Assembly: GCA_043228905.1 (NCBI GenBank) | Contig: JBHGNT010000006.1 | Span: 20,150,001-20,214,000, forward strand | From: Azolla caroliniana | Taxonomy: Eukaryota > Plantae > Polypodiophyta | Reading direction: 5' to 3' | Length of the DNA stretch: 64,000 nt | In this document: positions 24,130-37,359 of the stretch, piece by piece | How the letters are laid out: every line of letters begins with the position of its first letter | How positions within the stretch are numbered: the stretch's first letter is position 1 | Position numbers and translations under genes: made by a program | Notes under the pieces: model-generated | The model's database searches: none | What the model was told of the DNA's origin: nothing | Seen by the model: the letters and a program-made list of their open reading frames with translations, nothing else

Positions 24130-27100
24130 ATCTTTAATGTGTACATCCATGTAGTGGAGACTCGATCATCATAACAAACATGGTGATCTTGTTGACCATA
24201 TGTCAAAAGCATGTTTGTTGGATTGTGGTCCTAAGATTGATAAGCAGAAAGCTTGAAGCTTTCAAGAAAGGGACATGAAGCAATTGTGGGAGTGTGAAAC
24301 GTGTATTTTTTGTTGCCTTGCCTTAAATATATGTAGAAATCTAAGTAACTCATTCCTTTCTTTAGATTATCCAACCCCTTCACAAATCAATGCATGAAAC
24401 ATCCTGTTATTCTTTTCATCATCATAATACATATGTATTATGATGTAACATACTTCCGACCTACATCTAAGTTTTTTGCATTAATGAGCACAAACTTTTC
24501 TTGGAATTATAGACAATTGTTTATATTTACAGTAAAGTGTCTAATGTTTTCATATGAATAAGATTGTAGTATCATCTTGAAACATTATTCGGAATCTAAT
24601 GAATGTTTTCCTCTGTAAATTATTGCTTCAATAGGTGCATTGTTGCAACTATTTATGTATTGATTGTGAAAAATGCTTTATTATAACATGTCATTCCAAC
24701 AGTGACATGATGGAGCGTATCTTTCAACATCATTTTGGAACGAGTGTGCACAAATATATTATTTACATGGAGAAACAATGAAGAACAAACCTCTTATGTC
24801 TTAAAGTATTTGCAAGTTTATAACATTACCAACTCATTCATGGTATTACAACCTCCAACAAGGCAAAACAAAGTTGAATGTGATCAAAGGCATATCATTG
24901 TATCCAAGTGTGAAACTTAGACTCCCAAACATTTTTAGGGGAAAGTGTGCATGGTTGACTAGACTCATCAGTTGTATCCCAACACCTCGTCTCACATTGT
25001 AGTGAGTGTGAACTAAGTCGTACGAAACTAATGGTTCATATGGTAGACAATAAGATGGGCTTTAACACGTAAGAATGTGTGCAGTTTCCCCATTCAATGA
25101 AGAATATGGTTTTGTCGTTTAGGTAATATAATGTTTGAAGCATGAGCCTCCACATTTTTCCCATGTTGGTTGCAAAGATGCATGATGATACATAAAGGAA
25201 TCTATTGATGCATTGTGGCACAAGTGTGTTGCATCCCATCTTCCAAACCATTTATTCACAAATTGTCCACCTTCCCATGCAATTCTAGGAAGTTGACATG
25301 AGGAACTTTTTTAATCTTAAGCATGTATTCGACAACCCTTTCCATGGCCATGATCTTGATGGAATTGACTTGGTTTGAAACTTTGTAGGAAAATGCTTTT
25401 GGGCATTCCTAGGATGGTGTATCAACCATCTTGTTGCTTATGTATATATCATGTTCAACCCTAACATAGAACCTAGTTACCAACTCTCCATCTTACAACT
25501 TAATATAATGAACTTCAATACAAATATCTTCCTTGTTTTGAGATGCATCTTTAGGTACACTAGATCGTTTTGGAGGCTATGATATATATTTATGTAGTGA
25601 CATTATTTCCATGCTCTAGAAAAGGCCTCCACAAAGACTAGAAGTTTTGGCTATCTAGAGAAGAACACCTTCTAATGAAAGGCATACATTGAATACATAA
25701 TTACACGGCATGTTTGATGTATCCATGCATCAATTTTAGCAACTGATAGTAAAGTACGCAGAAGCTTGGATTTCCAACTCCAATACAAAGATGTATGGTC
25801 TCCGATAATAATATGAACGATTATTAGTCGAGTCAATTGGTTAAATTTTTTGATAATACATTCTCTATATGGTAAAGATCAAACAAGAATGCTAGACTTT
25901 TCCTACATTAGTAGGTGTTTGATCAATGCACTAACAAAATCCATTTAAGTTTAAAGCTTAAGAAGAACCAAATAATAGTCTGATCGTAAAGTCATTTTAT
26001 TTATTAGATCCATTCACATGGTTTAATTTGTCATCACGAGAGTTAAAGTGGAGCCTTGTGAACATGTTGCAATGATTTTCTATGGTGAGTTAGGATGAGA
26101 CTTGTTCAACGAATTGGGGGGCGGGGCTGCAAGGTGTAATGGTTGAGAAAAACAAAGCACATGCCACTGTTGACATTTATCCAAATAATGTATTTACTAT
26201 TGAAATAGGAAGATGAACTGACTCGACTATTAAGAATATTTTGCATGTCTTGCAACATGTGCAAGGTGAACATAGAGGAGCATTTTATCCTCTTTTCTAT
26301 GCACGTGCTCGTATGAAAGGACAACTTTTTGGATTTTTGTAAATTCGTGAGAACCTTTGAAAAATGTTGGATGGAATTGGTGGGGATATCTAAAGTTTCT
26401 TATGTGATGGATAAATGTAAGCCTTTTCACACCGCGTGTTAGCATTGAATGCCACGTTCATGCATTGATAAGAAAGCTTGTGCTTTGTAACATTGAAATT
26501 GTGGGTTCTTGGTCATAAACACATTATAAAATGTTTTCATATCCTATTCGTTTAGGATAATGCACAATAACAACATTTTGTAAGGAATTACATTTCAAGT
26601 TCACTTTCTAAAACTCCAAAGGATGAACAAAGTGAGAAATTGGCTTGACATTGCATTTCTCTTGAAAAAGATTGCCATTTATGGTTTAAGATAGTGGGCA
26701 CTAATCGTTTGCTCCTGAAAACACAGCTTTACAAATTCACTTTTCATAACCCAATGTTTAAAAAATATTGTACATATCTCCTTATAAAACGTAACATTAT
26801 CAGTGGTTCGGGGTACATGAAATTATCAAGAACTATGCTTGATTAGATTCGAAGATAATGACCCCACAATCACTTGAAAATAAAGATTTGGAAAAGCTTG
26901 GAAAATGAATTGTATGAGCTAAAATATAACTAACCATAAATCACACTCTCCAAAAACCCTAGTTAAGTTCCAATTCATTAATGCCATTGCTACTTTAATC
27001 ATGAATTAGTCAATTTGGCCATGATTACCAATTGAAAAGTTACCAAAATCTTGATTGTGAATGCAGTCATGATCCACTTCTACCATAATGTCTTCTAAAA

Positions 27101-27250
27101 TAGCTTGCCCTTGCCTTAATGAACTCTTTTGTAATTCCAGAGAATTACGAATGACATCTCTTTGCTTATCTCTTATTGATCAATAATTCCCTTCTACATG
27201 TCATTAGCACAAACAAAGCTAAATTTGAGATGATCGCATCCATTATTCAT
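24130..27250 (+). pseudogene. Heavily decayed ORF of unrecognised family (Zn-finger-like segment), probably TE-derived
   Basis: Protein-like + strand segments with scattered stops: CIDCEKCF...IFQHHFGTSVHK (24656-24752); DASLGTLDRFGGYDIYL (from 25542); FNELGAGLQGVMVEK...GAFYPLFYARARMKG (from 26105). Boundaries approximate. Confidence 0.4.
24930..25400 (-). mobile_element. Degenerate inverted fragment of the same LINE family as 20969-23408
   Basis: Reverse complement aligns piecewise to ~22050-22240 and ~22860-23120 (e.g. AAATGGTTTGG.AGATGGGATG; GCCATGGAAAGGGTTG). Confidence 0.75.
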
Positions 27251-28059
27251 ACAATCTAGATAGACAAAGTCGGAAAGGATATTTAGAGGCCAAAGAAAGG
27301 GAAAATGCAAAAGGAAAGGCACACAAACATTATCTGTAGTTAAAACAAGACATTAGAAATAGTCACTCTTTTACTGCTCAGTTAACATGGTCATGTTAGT
27401 TTTCTCTAAAAAATGAAGGTCCGAGAACTTTGGGTTTTCGAGGGATAGATAGCAAAAACTCCACACACACAAAACACAGTGAACAACAAAACCACTTACA
27501 CCAACAAAAATATCCTCTTTATTTGTTAACAAAGGGAGAAGAGCCAAAATAATACCCAAAAAAGCAAAAACAAATGCAAAAAAATAGAATAATAAGAACA
27601 ATAGAAAGGGGACCCAAAAAAAGCAAAGAAAAAAAAGTAAAAAGAAAAGAAAATACATAATCAAGTAGATATAAAATGGGTGAGAAAAATGTCAATTGAT
27701 TTATTATTATTATTATTATTATTACAAAAATTAATGAAAAAAGTCTTACAGTATAGGTTCAGAAAACAAATAAAGCTCACAAGAAAATTAATAAGTGAGA
27801 AAGAAGTAAGAAGTAAAGGTCATAAATAAAAAGGAAAAAAGAAAGCGATATATAAAACTAAAAAGCAAAAAACAGAAAAAGAATCGAGCAAAAGGAGGAA
27901 AGATAAAATCGAAAAGAGGAGAAAAGAAGAAGTAAAAAAAAGTACAGTCAGTAAGTAAGTGTGTAATACAAATAAATAAACAGATAAGAGAAAAACGAAA
28001 AATATAAAAATTTAATAAAAAAACATGAAGGCCCAAAAAAAAGAAAACAGAAAACAAAA

Positions 28060-28550
28060 TGAAAAGAACAAAAATAAGAATACATAAATAAAAACAAACA
28101 AATAAAAAATAATAAAATAATAAAATAATAAAATTAAAAAATAATAAAAAATAAAAAAATAAAAATAAAAAAAATAAAAAGGAAGAATAAAAAATAAAAA
28201 TAAAAATAAAAAGGAAGAATAAAAAATAAAAATAAAAATAAAAAGGAAGAATAAAAAATAAAGGAAAAATAAAAAATAAAAAAGGGAAATTTTTAATTTA
28301 TAAATTTAAAAAGAAAAAAGAAAAAAGAAAAAAGAAAAAAGAAAAAAGAAAAAAGAAAAAAGAAAAAAGAAAAAAGAAAAAAGAAAAAAGAAAAAAGAAA
28401 AAAGAAAAAAGAAAAAAGAAAAAAAGAAAAAAGAAAAAAGAAAAAAGAAAAAAGAAAAAAGAAAAAAGAAAAAAAAGGAAACAAAGAAAAAAAAATAGAG
28501 ATAAAGATAAAAATAAGAATAAGAAAATTAAGGATAAAAAATAAAAAGAA
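28060..28550. repeat. A-rich low-complexity tract including a (GAAAAAA)n heptamer microsatellite
   Basis: AAAAT/AAAAAT repeats at ~28080-28280 followed by (GAAAAAA)n at ~28310-28475. Confidence 0.95.
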
Positions 28551-28998
28551 TCCGGATGTGACGCCCAATATTTATGTATTTATTTATATATGGTACATAT
28601 GCAAAATTGCGGACGCCACTACTTTATAAAATACACCTCATAATTTTTATTTTCACTCCCAAAATTCTTCTCTCTCTCTCTCTCTCTCTTCCTCTGTTCC
28701 TCTGTCTCTGTCTCTCTCTGTCTCTCTGTTTCTGTGTGTGTTTGTGTGTGTTCTTCAATCCTTCGGCTTTGCAGAAGAAAAAAAAGAGCTCTCTGCGACC
28801 CGTCCCCGCCGACAGACCTTCCTGTTCTCTACGCAGGTCAGTCTTTCATACTCTCTCTCTCTCTCTCTGACGCTGCGAGATCTATATGGTACACGAAACG
28901 ATCGATGTGTTCCTTTTGGACCATGCCCTATATATATATATATATGTACTTTCCATTCCCCCTTTTATTCATTCCAACCACTATGCCTTTGTATGCCT

Positions 28999-29175
28999 GT
29001 TAATGAGACCGCTGTGATTAATTACACATGCTTCTGTGCCATTTGAAACCAGTTAATGAGACCGCTGCTGCTAATTACACATGCTTATGTGCCATTTGGA
29101 ACCAGTTAATGAGGCCGCTGCTGCTAATTACACATGCTTATGTGCCATTTGGAACCAGTTAAACGAAACCGCTGA
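28999..29175. repeat. 53-bp minisatellite (~3.3 copies)
   Basis: GTTAATGAGACCGCTG...GTGCCATTTGGAACCA starting at 28999, 29052, 29105 and (partial) 29158. Confidence 0.92.
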
Positions 29176-30030
29176 CAGTTTCTGAACTGGTTGTAATTTG
29201 TGATGATGGTGCAGCGATTATCTTGCACATTGTCATTGTTAACTAGGTTTGAGCTACACATTGCCATTTTTGCTGATGAATGAATTGCAAAGGTTCTGAA
29301 TTTTAGTTAATAGTTTGATGCAAAGATGAAGGAAAATCCATGTGGGACAAACAACTGGTGACATTTATTCATCTGTTATTTTGTAATTCTCTTCATGCTT
29401 GGAGGGGATTGTGAGGGTCTTGTGATGGGTATGAGCTGTCCCAACATTTAGAAAGAAAAAGTTTCTTTCTCTACGTTTACTGGAGGAAAAAATATGTACA
29501 CATGTGTGTGCGTGTCCTTTAGGTATTCATAGCAAAAATCAAATGGCATTATATGTCTCGTAAGGATAGTTAATGAGGCTCTGAAATGAGGGGTTGCTGT
29601 GGATCAGGATGGAGGGCAACAGTTCATCCACCCTCTTTCTCAGGCTACAGAATAAATTGCTCTCCTATATGCGTTAGGGGTATATGAGTCCACCAAATAC
29701 CAATGTGGAACTGTACAAACTCGAAAAGGGAGATGCAGTAATGCTTGTATGTCTCCATGTTCAGATATTCACGTGATTTATGGCAATGCTATATATCTAA
29801 ATGTAGTGAATATTCGAGGCGATTTATTCCACAAATGCTTTCATTAACACAAGATACATGTGAACACTTTAAGAGAAAATCATGGTTTAAGCATTAGAAA
29901 TGCACGTTTTGCGTATTCAATTTGACATGAACATTTCACTTTTGCTGGTTATTTTTGTTGCAGATATGGTGGCTTATACAATTATTTATGATAGTTTTGC
30001 GGTGTAAGTTGACACTTTCCAGACCAAGGA

Positions 30031-33000
30031 ATGGGTGGTGTCAGTGAGAACACATGGTTTGATAATGTGAAGGACAAGTCAGTAAGCAAAGTAGTTGAAC
30101 CAACTCACAGTGAATGGACTAGCAATGATTTTTCCAAGAAATTTGGCGCCTATTTTAACGAAGCTGGTAACAGGAATGGTTTCTCAACCTCATTACCTTC
30201 CCTGATTCATCAGAAAGGTTAATCTTGTGTTAAGGTTACTTATATCGAATCTCGATTGCATAATATCGTATTTTAACCATAAGTGTCTGGCATGTAGCAG
30301 AGCCATCCTTGTGCAGCAGCCATGGTGGAGATCATAGCCAGAACGTTGATAGCCTGGAGGATGTTATTGAACCTCTTGATGAAGATTTGGTATCACGTGC
30401 TATTGGGGATCTGCTCCCTGATGATGAGGAAGAACTTCTGGCTGGAATCGCTGCTGGTTTTGATTCAATCAGCATAAATGATATGGCTGAAGAATATGAG
30501 GAGTTTGATCTTTTCAGTAATCTCGGTGGCTTGGAGATGGATGGGGAAAGCCAAGAAGGTTATGGTATGTATAAAAGTGGGTCAAAAGTGGTAGATGGTA
30601 ATTATGGTGGGATAGTGGTTGGATCATCATCTAATGGTCCTGGATCTGTGGTTGGAGAACATCCTTATGGAGAGCATCCTTCGAGAACGCTTTTTGTCAG
30701 GAACATAAACAGTAACGTGGAGGATTCTGAGCTCCGAACTCTATTTGAGGTATTTATTTCAAGATCACAGCATATAGCTATCCTCCAGATCCTTTTAAAT
30801 TGGTAGTTTTTTTGGAACAGCATTATGGTGATATCCGGACATTATATACTGCTTGCAAGCATCGGGGCTTTGTTATGATATCTTATTATGATATCCGTGC
30901 AGCTCGGAGTGCCATGCGTGCACTTCAAAATAAGCCACTCAGGCGAAGGAAACTTGACATTCACTTCTCCATCCCTAAGGTATTCTACTAAGGCTTATTC
31001 TCATTTTGAGGAGCAAACTGGGAACCGGATGGTAACATAGTGTTGTTGCTCAGGATAATCCCTCTGATAAGGATATTAATCAAGGGACACTTGTTGTATT
31101 TAATTTGGAAGCATCTGTCTCTAATGATGACCTTCGTCATATATTTGGTCAGTATGGAGAAGTAAAAGAGGTAATGTGTTTTCCCACTCTATGGCACTTT
31201 GTGATGCACTAGTAATCTCATTGCAAAATGTTTTAATGTGTTCCTCTCAGGTAAGGGAGACTCCTCACAAGCGTCATCACAAATTTATAGAGTTCTATGA
31301 TGTTAGGGCTGCAGAAGCTGCTTTGAGAGCATTGAACAGGAGTGACATTGCCGGCAAACGAATAAAGCTAGAGCCAAGTCGACCTGGTGGAGCACGACGG
31401 AGGTAATTCTAACTTGTACAGTGTTTAATAAGTATGGGATAATATGTCTAGCTATTACTGCATGGGATATTGATTATATACCTCTATTTGTGTATATGTC
31501 TGCAAATGCCTGTCGTAAACAAGTGTATGTACTTATCTAAATGTAGGGTCTAGTTAAATAAACACATAACCATGACAGCCATGGTGATAATAATGTGTGA
31601 GATGTCAGCGATGTGCTTATATTTGTTCATTTACTTGACTGGTTTTCTGGTGTAGTTTGATGCAGCAGGTAAACCAGGATCCTGAACAAGATGAGATTCA
31701 TCTGCTTCGGCATCAATCGAGCCTATCCATATCAAATTCTCCTTCAGGTACATGTATACATATGTATGCTATGCTTATTTTGTTTTCCTAGTATTTTTTT
31801 TGTCTTTTGCACTGATTTGGGAGAAGTTAGGTCATCTTCCTTCCTGGGGACAGTTTGGCAGTCCTAGTCCAATGGACAGTGGTTTATCTTGGTCTACTCA
31901 CAATTCACATGGAAACTCAGTATCCTCTATAAAGAAACCTCCACCAGGTTTGGCCAACTCTTTGCATTCTAATCCAATGCGTGTTGGAACAATTGGTAGT
32001 CATCTTGGGCGAAGCAACCAGAGTGATGCTGGTATATCTGCTCTTCATATGGGTATTTCGGGCAAAGGGATTCCATCCTATCATGCACACTCATTACCGG
32101 AGTATAGAAATGGAAGTATTCCTCTCTATAGCTCACCTGTAACTATGCCAACTAGAACCTTGCCATCCCACGTGACGTCGCATCCTGACAATGAAATTGT
32201 AAGGCTTCCGACAAGTAGCATTGATCCCTCTTCGTTTGAACATGCTCGAGGAGGTAACTTCGGATGCTTATAAATCTATAGCATCCTTCCATTGAAGAGA
32301 TGCTTTTTGTTTTGCTGAGCTTAGAAATGTTTAACATCCTCCTATTGATACATATGATGAAGCTGCAGGAATTCCAGTTAGTGGAATACATCAGCAATTG
32401 AACCGAGGCTCTGGTGGAAATGGTTCCCTCACAAGTCCACAGTTTCTTTGGGGAAATTCCAATTCTTATCAACAGAGTATGTCGCCAATGACATGGTCAT
32501 CAAATACACATTCTATGAGCCAGAGTCACAATACTGTAGGGCTTTCACAACCCTTTGGCTATACAGGTGCTATTAATGTACCCAGAATTTCAGGAAGTAA
32601 GATCATGATCTCTGGTGGAAGTCACCATGTTGCTGGAGGTAGTCTGGGTGCAAATGGTTTCTTTGAGAATGGCAGCCAAAGCTCAATGTCTCCTCATAGG
32701 AGTCTCATGTTTCCATCTAGTGGGATAGTAATGGGCAGTCCTTTCGATATGCTTGGTTTTGATCGTGGGCGTATTTCTCGACAAGAAAATAGTATGGCTC
32801 AGGCTGCTGACAACAAAATGCAGTACCAGCTTGATATTGATTGTATCTTGCGCGGGGAAGATAACCGAACTACGTTAATGATAAAGAATATTCCAAACAA
32901 GTATTGTCTTATGCACTACTATATGTTTAGTACACACTCAGGCTTGAGGTTTATGGAATAAAGATATGGTTATCGTTTACAGGTACACTTCCAAGATGCT

Positions 33001-33702
33001 TCTAGCTGCAATAGATGAAAGTCATCGTGGAATGTATGACTTTTTATACCTTCCAATTGATTTTAAGGTATGGTTATTCTAGCTTGTTTCAATTGTTTAT
33101 TCATATTTAGCATTCTCCAAGTTGATGGGAGGCATAATTGTGGCCCAACTTTCCAGAACAAATGTAACGTAGGCTATGCCTTCATCAATATGACTTCCCC
33201 AAATCATATTGTTTCACTTTATCAGGTATGGTGAAAGTAGGATTTTGATAATCTCCATGGTTTGATTCTTCTTGGTGATAGATTCTTTGATGATTTCTGG
33301 TTTTAGTTCAATAATAAGGTGTGGCTAATTGTTCTATTGTTGTTTTACAATCATGTAGGCTTTTAATGGCAAGAAGTGGGAAAAGTTCAACAGTGAAAAA
33401 GTGGCCTTGTTAGCCTATGCTCGGATACAGGGAAAAGGGGCACTGATAGCACATTTTCAAAATTCAAGCCTGATGAATGAGGATAAGCGATGCCGGCCTA
33501 TTCTTTTCCATTCCGATGGACAATATCAAACCGATGAGCAGGTATTGTGTGCAAAAAAGAGGCTCATTATCTCTGGATGATTGATAGTCTATACAAAGAA
33601 ACTGTCATAATGTTGCTTTACCATCTCATGATGATCAATGTTCATTGACAGGAACCATCATTTCTGGAAGTGGGGGGGGTACACCAAGGCCGGTTAGCAT
33701 GA
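30031..33702 (+). CDS. AML: Mei2-like RNA-binding protein (AML/OML family; RRM1, RRM2, Mei2 RRM3), multi-exon
   Basis: GT-AG exons: 30031-30217, 30298(or 30301)-30749, 30821-30979, 31054-31170, 31251-31402, 31656-31747, 31831-32253, 32369-32900, 32983-33067, 33157-33225, 33359-33541, 33652-33702. Motifs [103 protein letters not shown]. The true start may lie in an upstream exon. Confidence 0.93.
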
Positions 33703-36064
33703 ATAATAACTGTGGAGTTGCAGCTAAGCAAATTTTAGGTGTGTAAAAAAGACATGAATGATCACATGGTGACCTCCTATGAAGAGAATGAATGCATAGG
33801 AAGATTGCTGTTTTTTGTCGGCATCTTGTATATACAAACTCTGACTTGAAGACAGAAGAATTAATTCGGTGGCTTTGCAGAAGAGTCATGCTCAGAACTG
33901 TTTGGATTGGCAGCCTTCGGACCCACATGTTAATTCACATGTGGGTGAAGGGCCTCCTGAGCTAACTATTACCATGATTTGCCTGGTAATGTCTTACTAA
34001 ATTGTACAGTTGACGTAGAGGATTTGTGGATGGTAGTTTAGCTTTTGATGGTACATTAGGGATCCTAGTTGTTTTGTTGCGCAATAGATTATGAGCTCAA
34101 TTCCAATCCTTTGCCCACAATTGCTGTAAAATGGCAATTGACCAAACCTCTCATTAAGAGATGAAAACCTTTTGATGATACATTGCCATGGAATTAGGGA
34201 TTTATGGTGATTTTCCTTATGGCACACTGCCATGAGGTGTTGTACATTGTAAATTGATTTTCCTTCTAGCTACTAAATCAAGGTATCTGACAAGTGTAGA
34301 AGTGGTTGATTGGGTTGACAACTTGACTGTCATGTCTGTTTACTTTATCTGTACTGTTCATCAAAACAATTTTTTCTTTTTTATCTTCTTGCTTCTCAGG
34401 TATAAATCTAGTTTCTCATAATGTAAGTGGCTATATACTTTGATAGCCTTCTGTATCCTGCAAAATAGTGAAGGGTATTTGTGTTGAGGTGGAAAATGTG
34501 GTTCATTCAAAGATTTATCCAAACTCGACATGATCCTTCCCTTATATGGGATGTGGACAAATTGAGCAGAATCCTATATATATGTTTGGTTTTTGGTCTC
34601 AAAATATTTCCTTTGATGAAAAGATAATGGGTGGAAGGAAATAACATAGCTGTGTTACTTCTTTTTGCATTTTTGGAAAAATGTGTCTTTTGGCTCATCA
34701 TATTTTCCATCCAGTTTAGTGGAGTGGAGTTAGAAATAAAGGAGTGTCTTATGTAGGTGGATGTATTCCTAGATGTATTCTTAGTTCACCCAGCCACTAA
34801 ATGGACTGATATTTGATGGGAAGTGGACATACTTGACCTTTCTCAATGCTTTCATGATCATCATACAGAGGGAAGGTTAACAATTGTATCATAGATGTGT
34901 AATTCTTTAGTAACAATATGCAAATGCAAAAAAAAACTGATCAAGGATGCTTCAAGTGCTACAAATATATGATGGAAAATATGTTAAAATGTTTAATATT
35001 CCTTAAAATAAATTTAAATATGTTCATAATTTTAATGCTAGAAAATTATGTCAAAGTTGATGTGGCTAATAATGAGTTTATACATATGTACATGCATATG
35101 CTCTATATATATTGAGTTGATGTGGTTAAGAGTCGGAGTCACTTAAGACTCCTATGTTGGAAAATGAATTTGTGTTCGTCTAGCATAACATTCGTTTTCT
35201 TACCGTTGGAAAACGAATGCGAATGTTATTCAAACATTCTTGTGTTTTTTTTTTTCATTTTTAGGCTTATTTACCTCATAATAAATAGTTAATCCAAAAG
35301 TATGGTATTTATCATTCTTTAAGGGTGTTTTTCTTATGCGAATGTGAATGCACGTATGGTACATATGGTTCATACTACGGAACTTAAGAGTTTTGAAAAA
35401 TATGTAACCAATGTTTGAAAGTAACTCTTCAATTTGCAAGTTTGATGTTTTTCACCAAAACATGCTTATTGCCTACTTTTTTGTTTAACATTGTGAATAC
35501 ATGTTTTCATATTGAGAGTCATGGTCCATGATGCCTCTATTATTGACTAGGTGGTCATTGTGTTACTAAAATTGTTCCAGCAATCCCTATAGTTGATTAA
35601 TGATATGTGTCACATGAAATGTTAGACATTAATAGAATTATTTGATCATGATGCTGATTGAGTATCATAAGAATATACATCTTATAGGATGAGGAGTGTA
35701 TGTAGAGTTGAGGGTAGAGTGAGTAGGATATAATGCTTCAATTGGTAATTCATCAAACATTCATCAAGACAAGAGAAGCAAACAACACACATATATGTGA
35801 ATATTGGAGTTGAAGTTTAAGTGAGAATGAGTACTTGGGCGCGTATTCCTGATTTGCATGCTATAGGGGGCTTTGGCCCTCATAGTTTGACAAGTCCACT
35901 CTTGGAATGGAGAAGTCAACATATCAAAGAATCTTGAACTTCATACTTAAATGCATAAATATAGCACTCGGTAAGAGTATGATGCATACCGTCACTTGGT
36001 TTTTGCGTCACAATCTAGAGTCTGGGTTTTTGTGTTGTGTGGATATTTTGCTTTCTGTGCACTT

Positions 36065-37298
36065 TTCTTTTTCCAAAATAAAACTCATTCTATTAGTTAT
36101 AAAATTTTACAGATGAGAGTGTTATATACAAATCCCTCTATGGATGCGATAGTTCCATCTTATGTGGATCCTCACTGACTCAAGAAAGGGAGAGGACAAC
36201 CATTGTTGGATGAAGGCTAATCATTGTCTTTCAACTCCATCGGATCTGCCCATGAGGTTATCGTATGACTCTTTAGAGTGGCAACAACTTCACTCCATAT
36301 CTCCTACCGTCTACACCGTTGTTTCCATAGAATCCAAAGAGTTATTGCACTAACCAATTCTAACACAACTTGAGCTTTGGCATTAATAGGAGTTGAGGGG
36401 ATATTTTTGAATGGTGGAAAAAATAACCTCTTGTGCTTTATCACCAAAGTCACCCCTTCCTCATGATGTTCGTACATGTCAACTAGGGCCTTCCATGATA
36501 ACCAACATACATTTCCCCACTTGATTGTGCCTTGCACCTGGCATAATTGTAATAGACAGCCAAACCGGCCTCTAGGCAATCCCATACAACATGCTAGATT
36601 GATTTTGTTGCATTTGGGCATGCTACACAATTATGAGAGTTTAGGTTCCCACCCTGCCACACTCCAAACGGTACTGGCCTATGTATTAATAGCCATTGGA
36701 ACGTAGTAATTCACCTAGCATGTTGTTTCCTAATTTTCTGCCAAAATTTTGTGATAATTGTAGGAGGAACATAATATGTGTGTCATATCTTTGCATCAAC
36801 CGACCGTCATATTTTTGCAGCAACCGACTCTCGGGCAGTTTGAGCGGCTAGAATGTGGCGACCCAATCTAGTCGTGAATTGGAAGAAAGGGATGACTTTG
36901 CTTCCTTGACACACATAAGGATCGTGCCACGTCTATTGCAAAGGGTCCCAACTGACCTTATATAGCCATGTGTTTTCATGAGTACATATATGCCATTCTA
37001 GTTGTACTTTGATCGGATCGGGATCTATAATCCATTTATGACCAATATATGTGAGCACTTGAATTGCCATATTCAATGTTGGTGTCTCATTGTCTCACAA
37101 TTCATGGCCTTCGATCATGTCCAATATTTCCCTATCTCTTGGGATCAAAGAGCCCTCCTCCTCGTAGCCTATCCACTTCTCCATTGTCGTCCTTTGATTA
37201 GCAGCTTCCTTAAGCAATAGGGCGTTCATAATTTCAGATCTCATAGTCCATCTGCCCCTAATTCCATGGAGTATTTTGGTGTCATGATATGACTCCAA
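36065..37298 (-). mobile_element. L1-type LINE 3' fragment (ORF2 C-terminus with zf-RVT), degenerate
   Basis: Homologous (inverted) to 44749-45590: LLQLCQVQGTIKWG, LWILWKQRCRR; shared 3' UTR and A-rich end (T-rich on +). Confidence 0.8.
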
Positions 37299-37299
37299 A

Positions 37300-37357
37300 C
37301 GGATTTAAACCTATGACCTTGTGTTACAAGGGTTGAATCCTTACCATTAAACCATGC
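37300..37357 (-). other. tRNA-derived (SINE-like) head with Pol III A/B boxes
   Basis: Minus strand TGGTTTAATGG (A box) ... GGTTTAAATCC (B box) with tRNA-like spacing (~32 nt between them). Confidence 0.5.
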
Positions 37358-37359
37358 AT

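Noticed and set aside
27371-28568. Phe-rich minus-strand ORFs resembling membrane proteins
   Set aside because: Translation of the A-rich low-complexity tract.
37300-37357. Possible tRNA gene
   Set aside because: A/B boxes are present but no acceptor or anticodon stems can be paired; treated as a SINE-like head.
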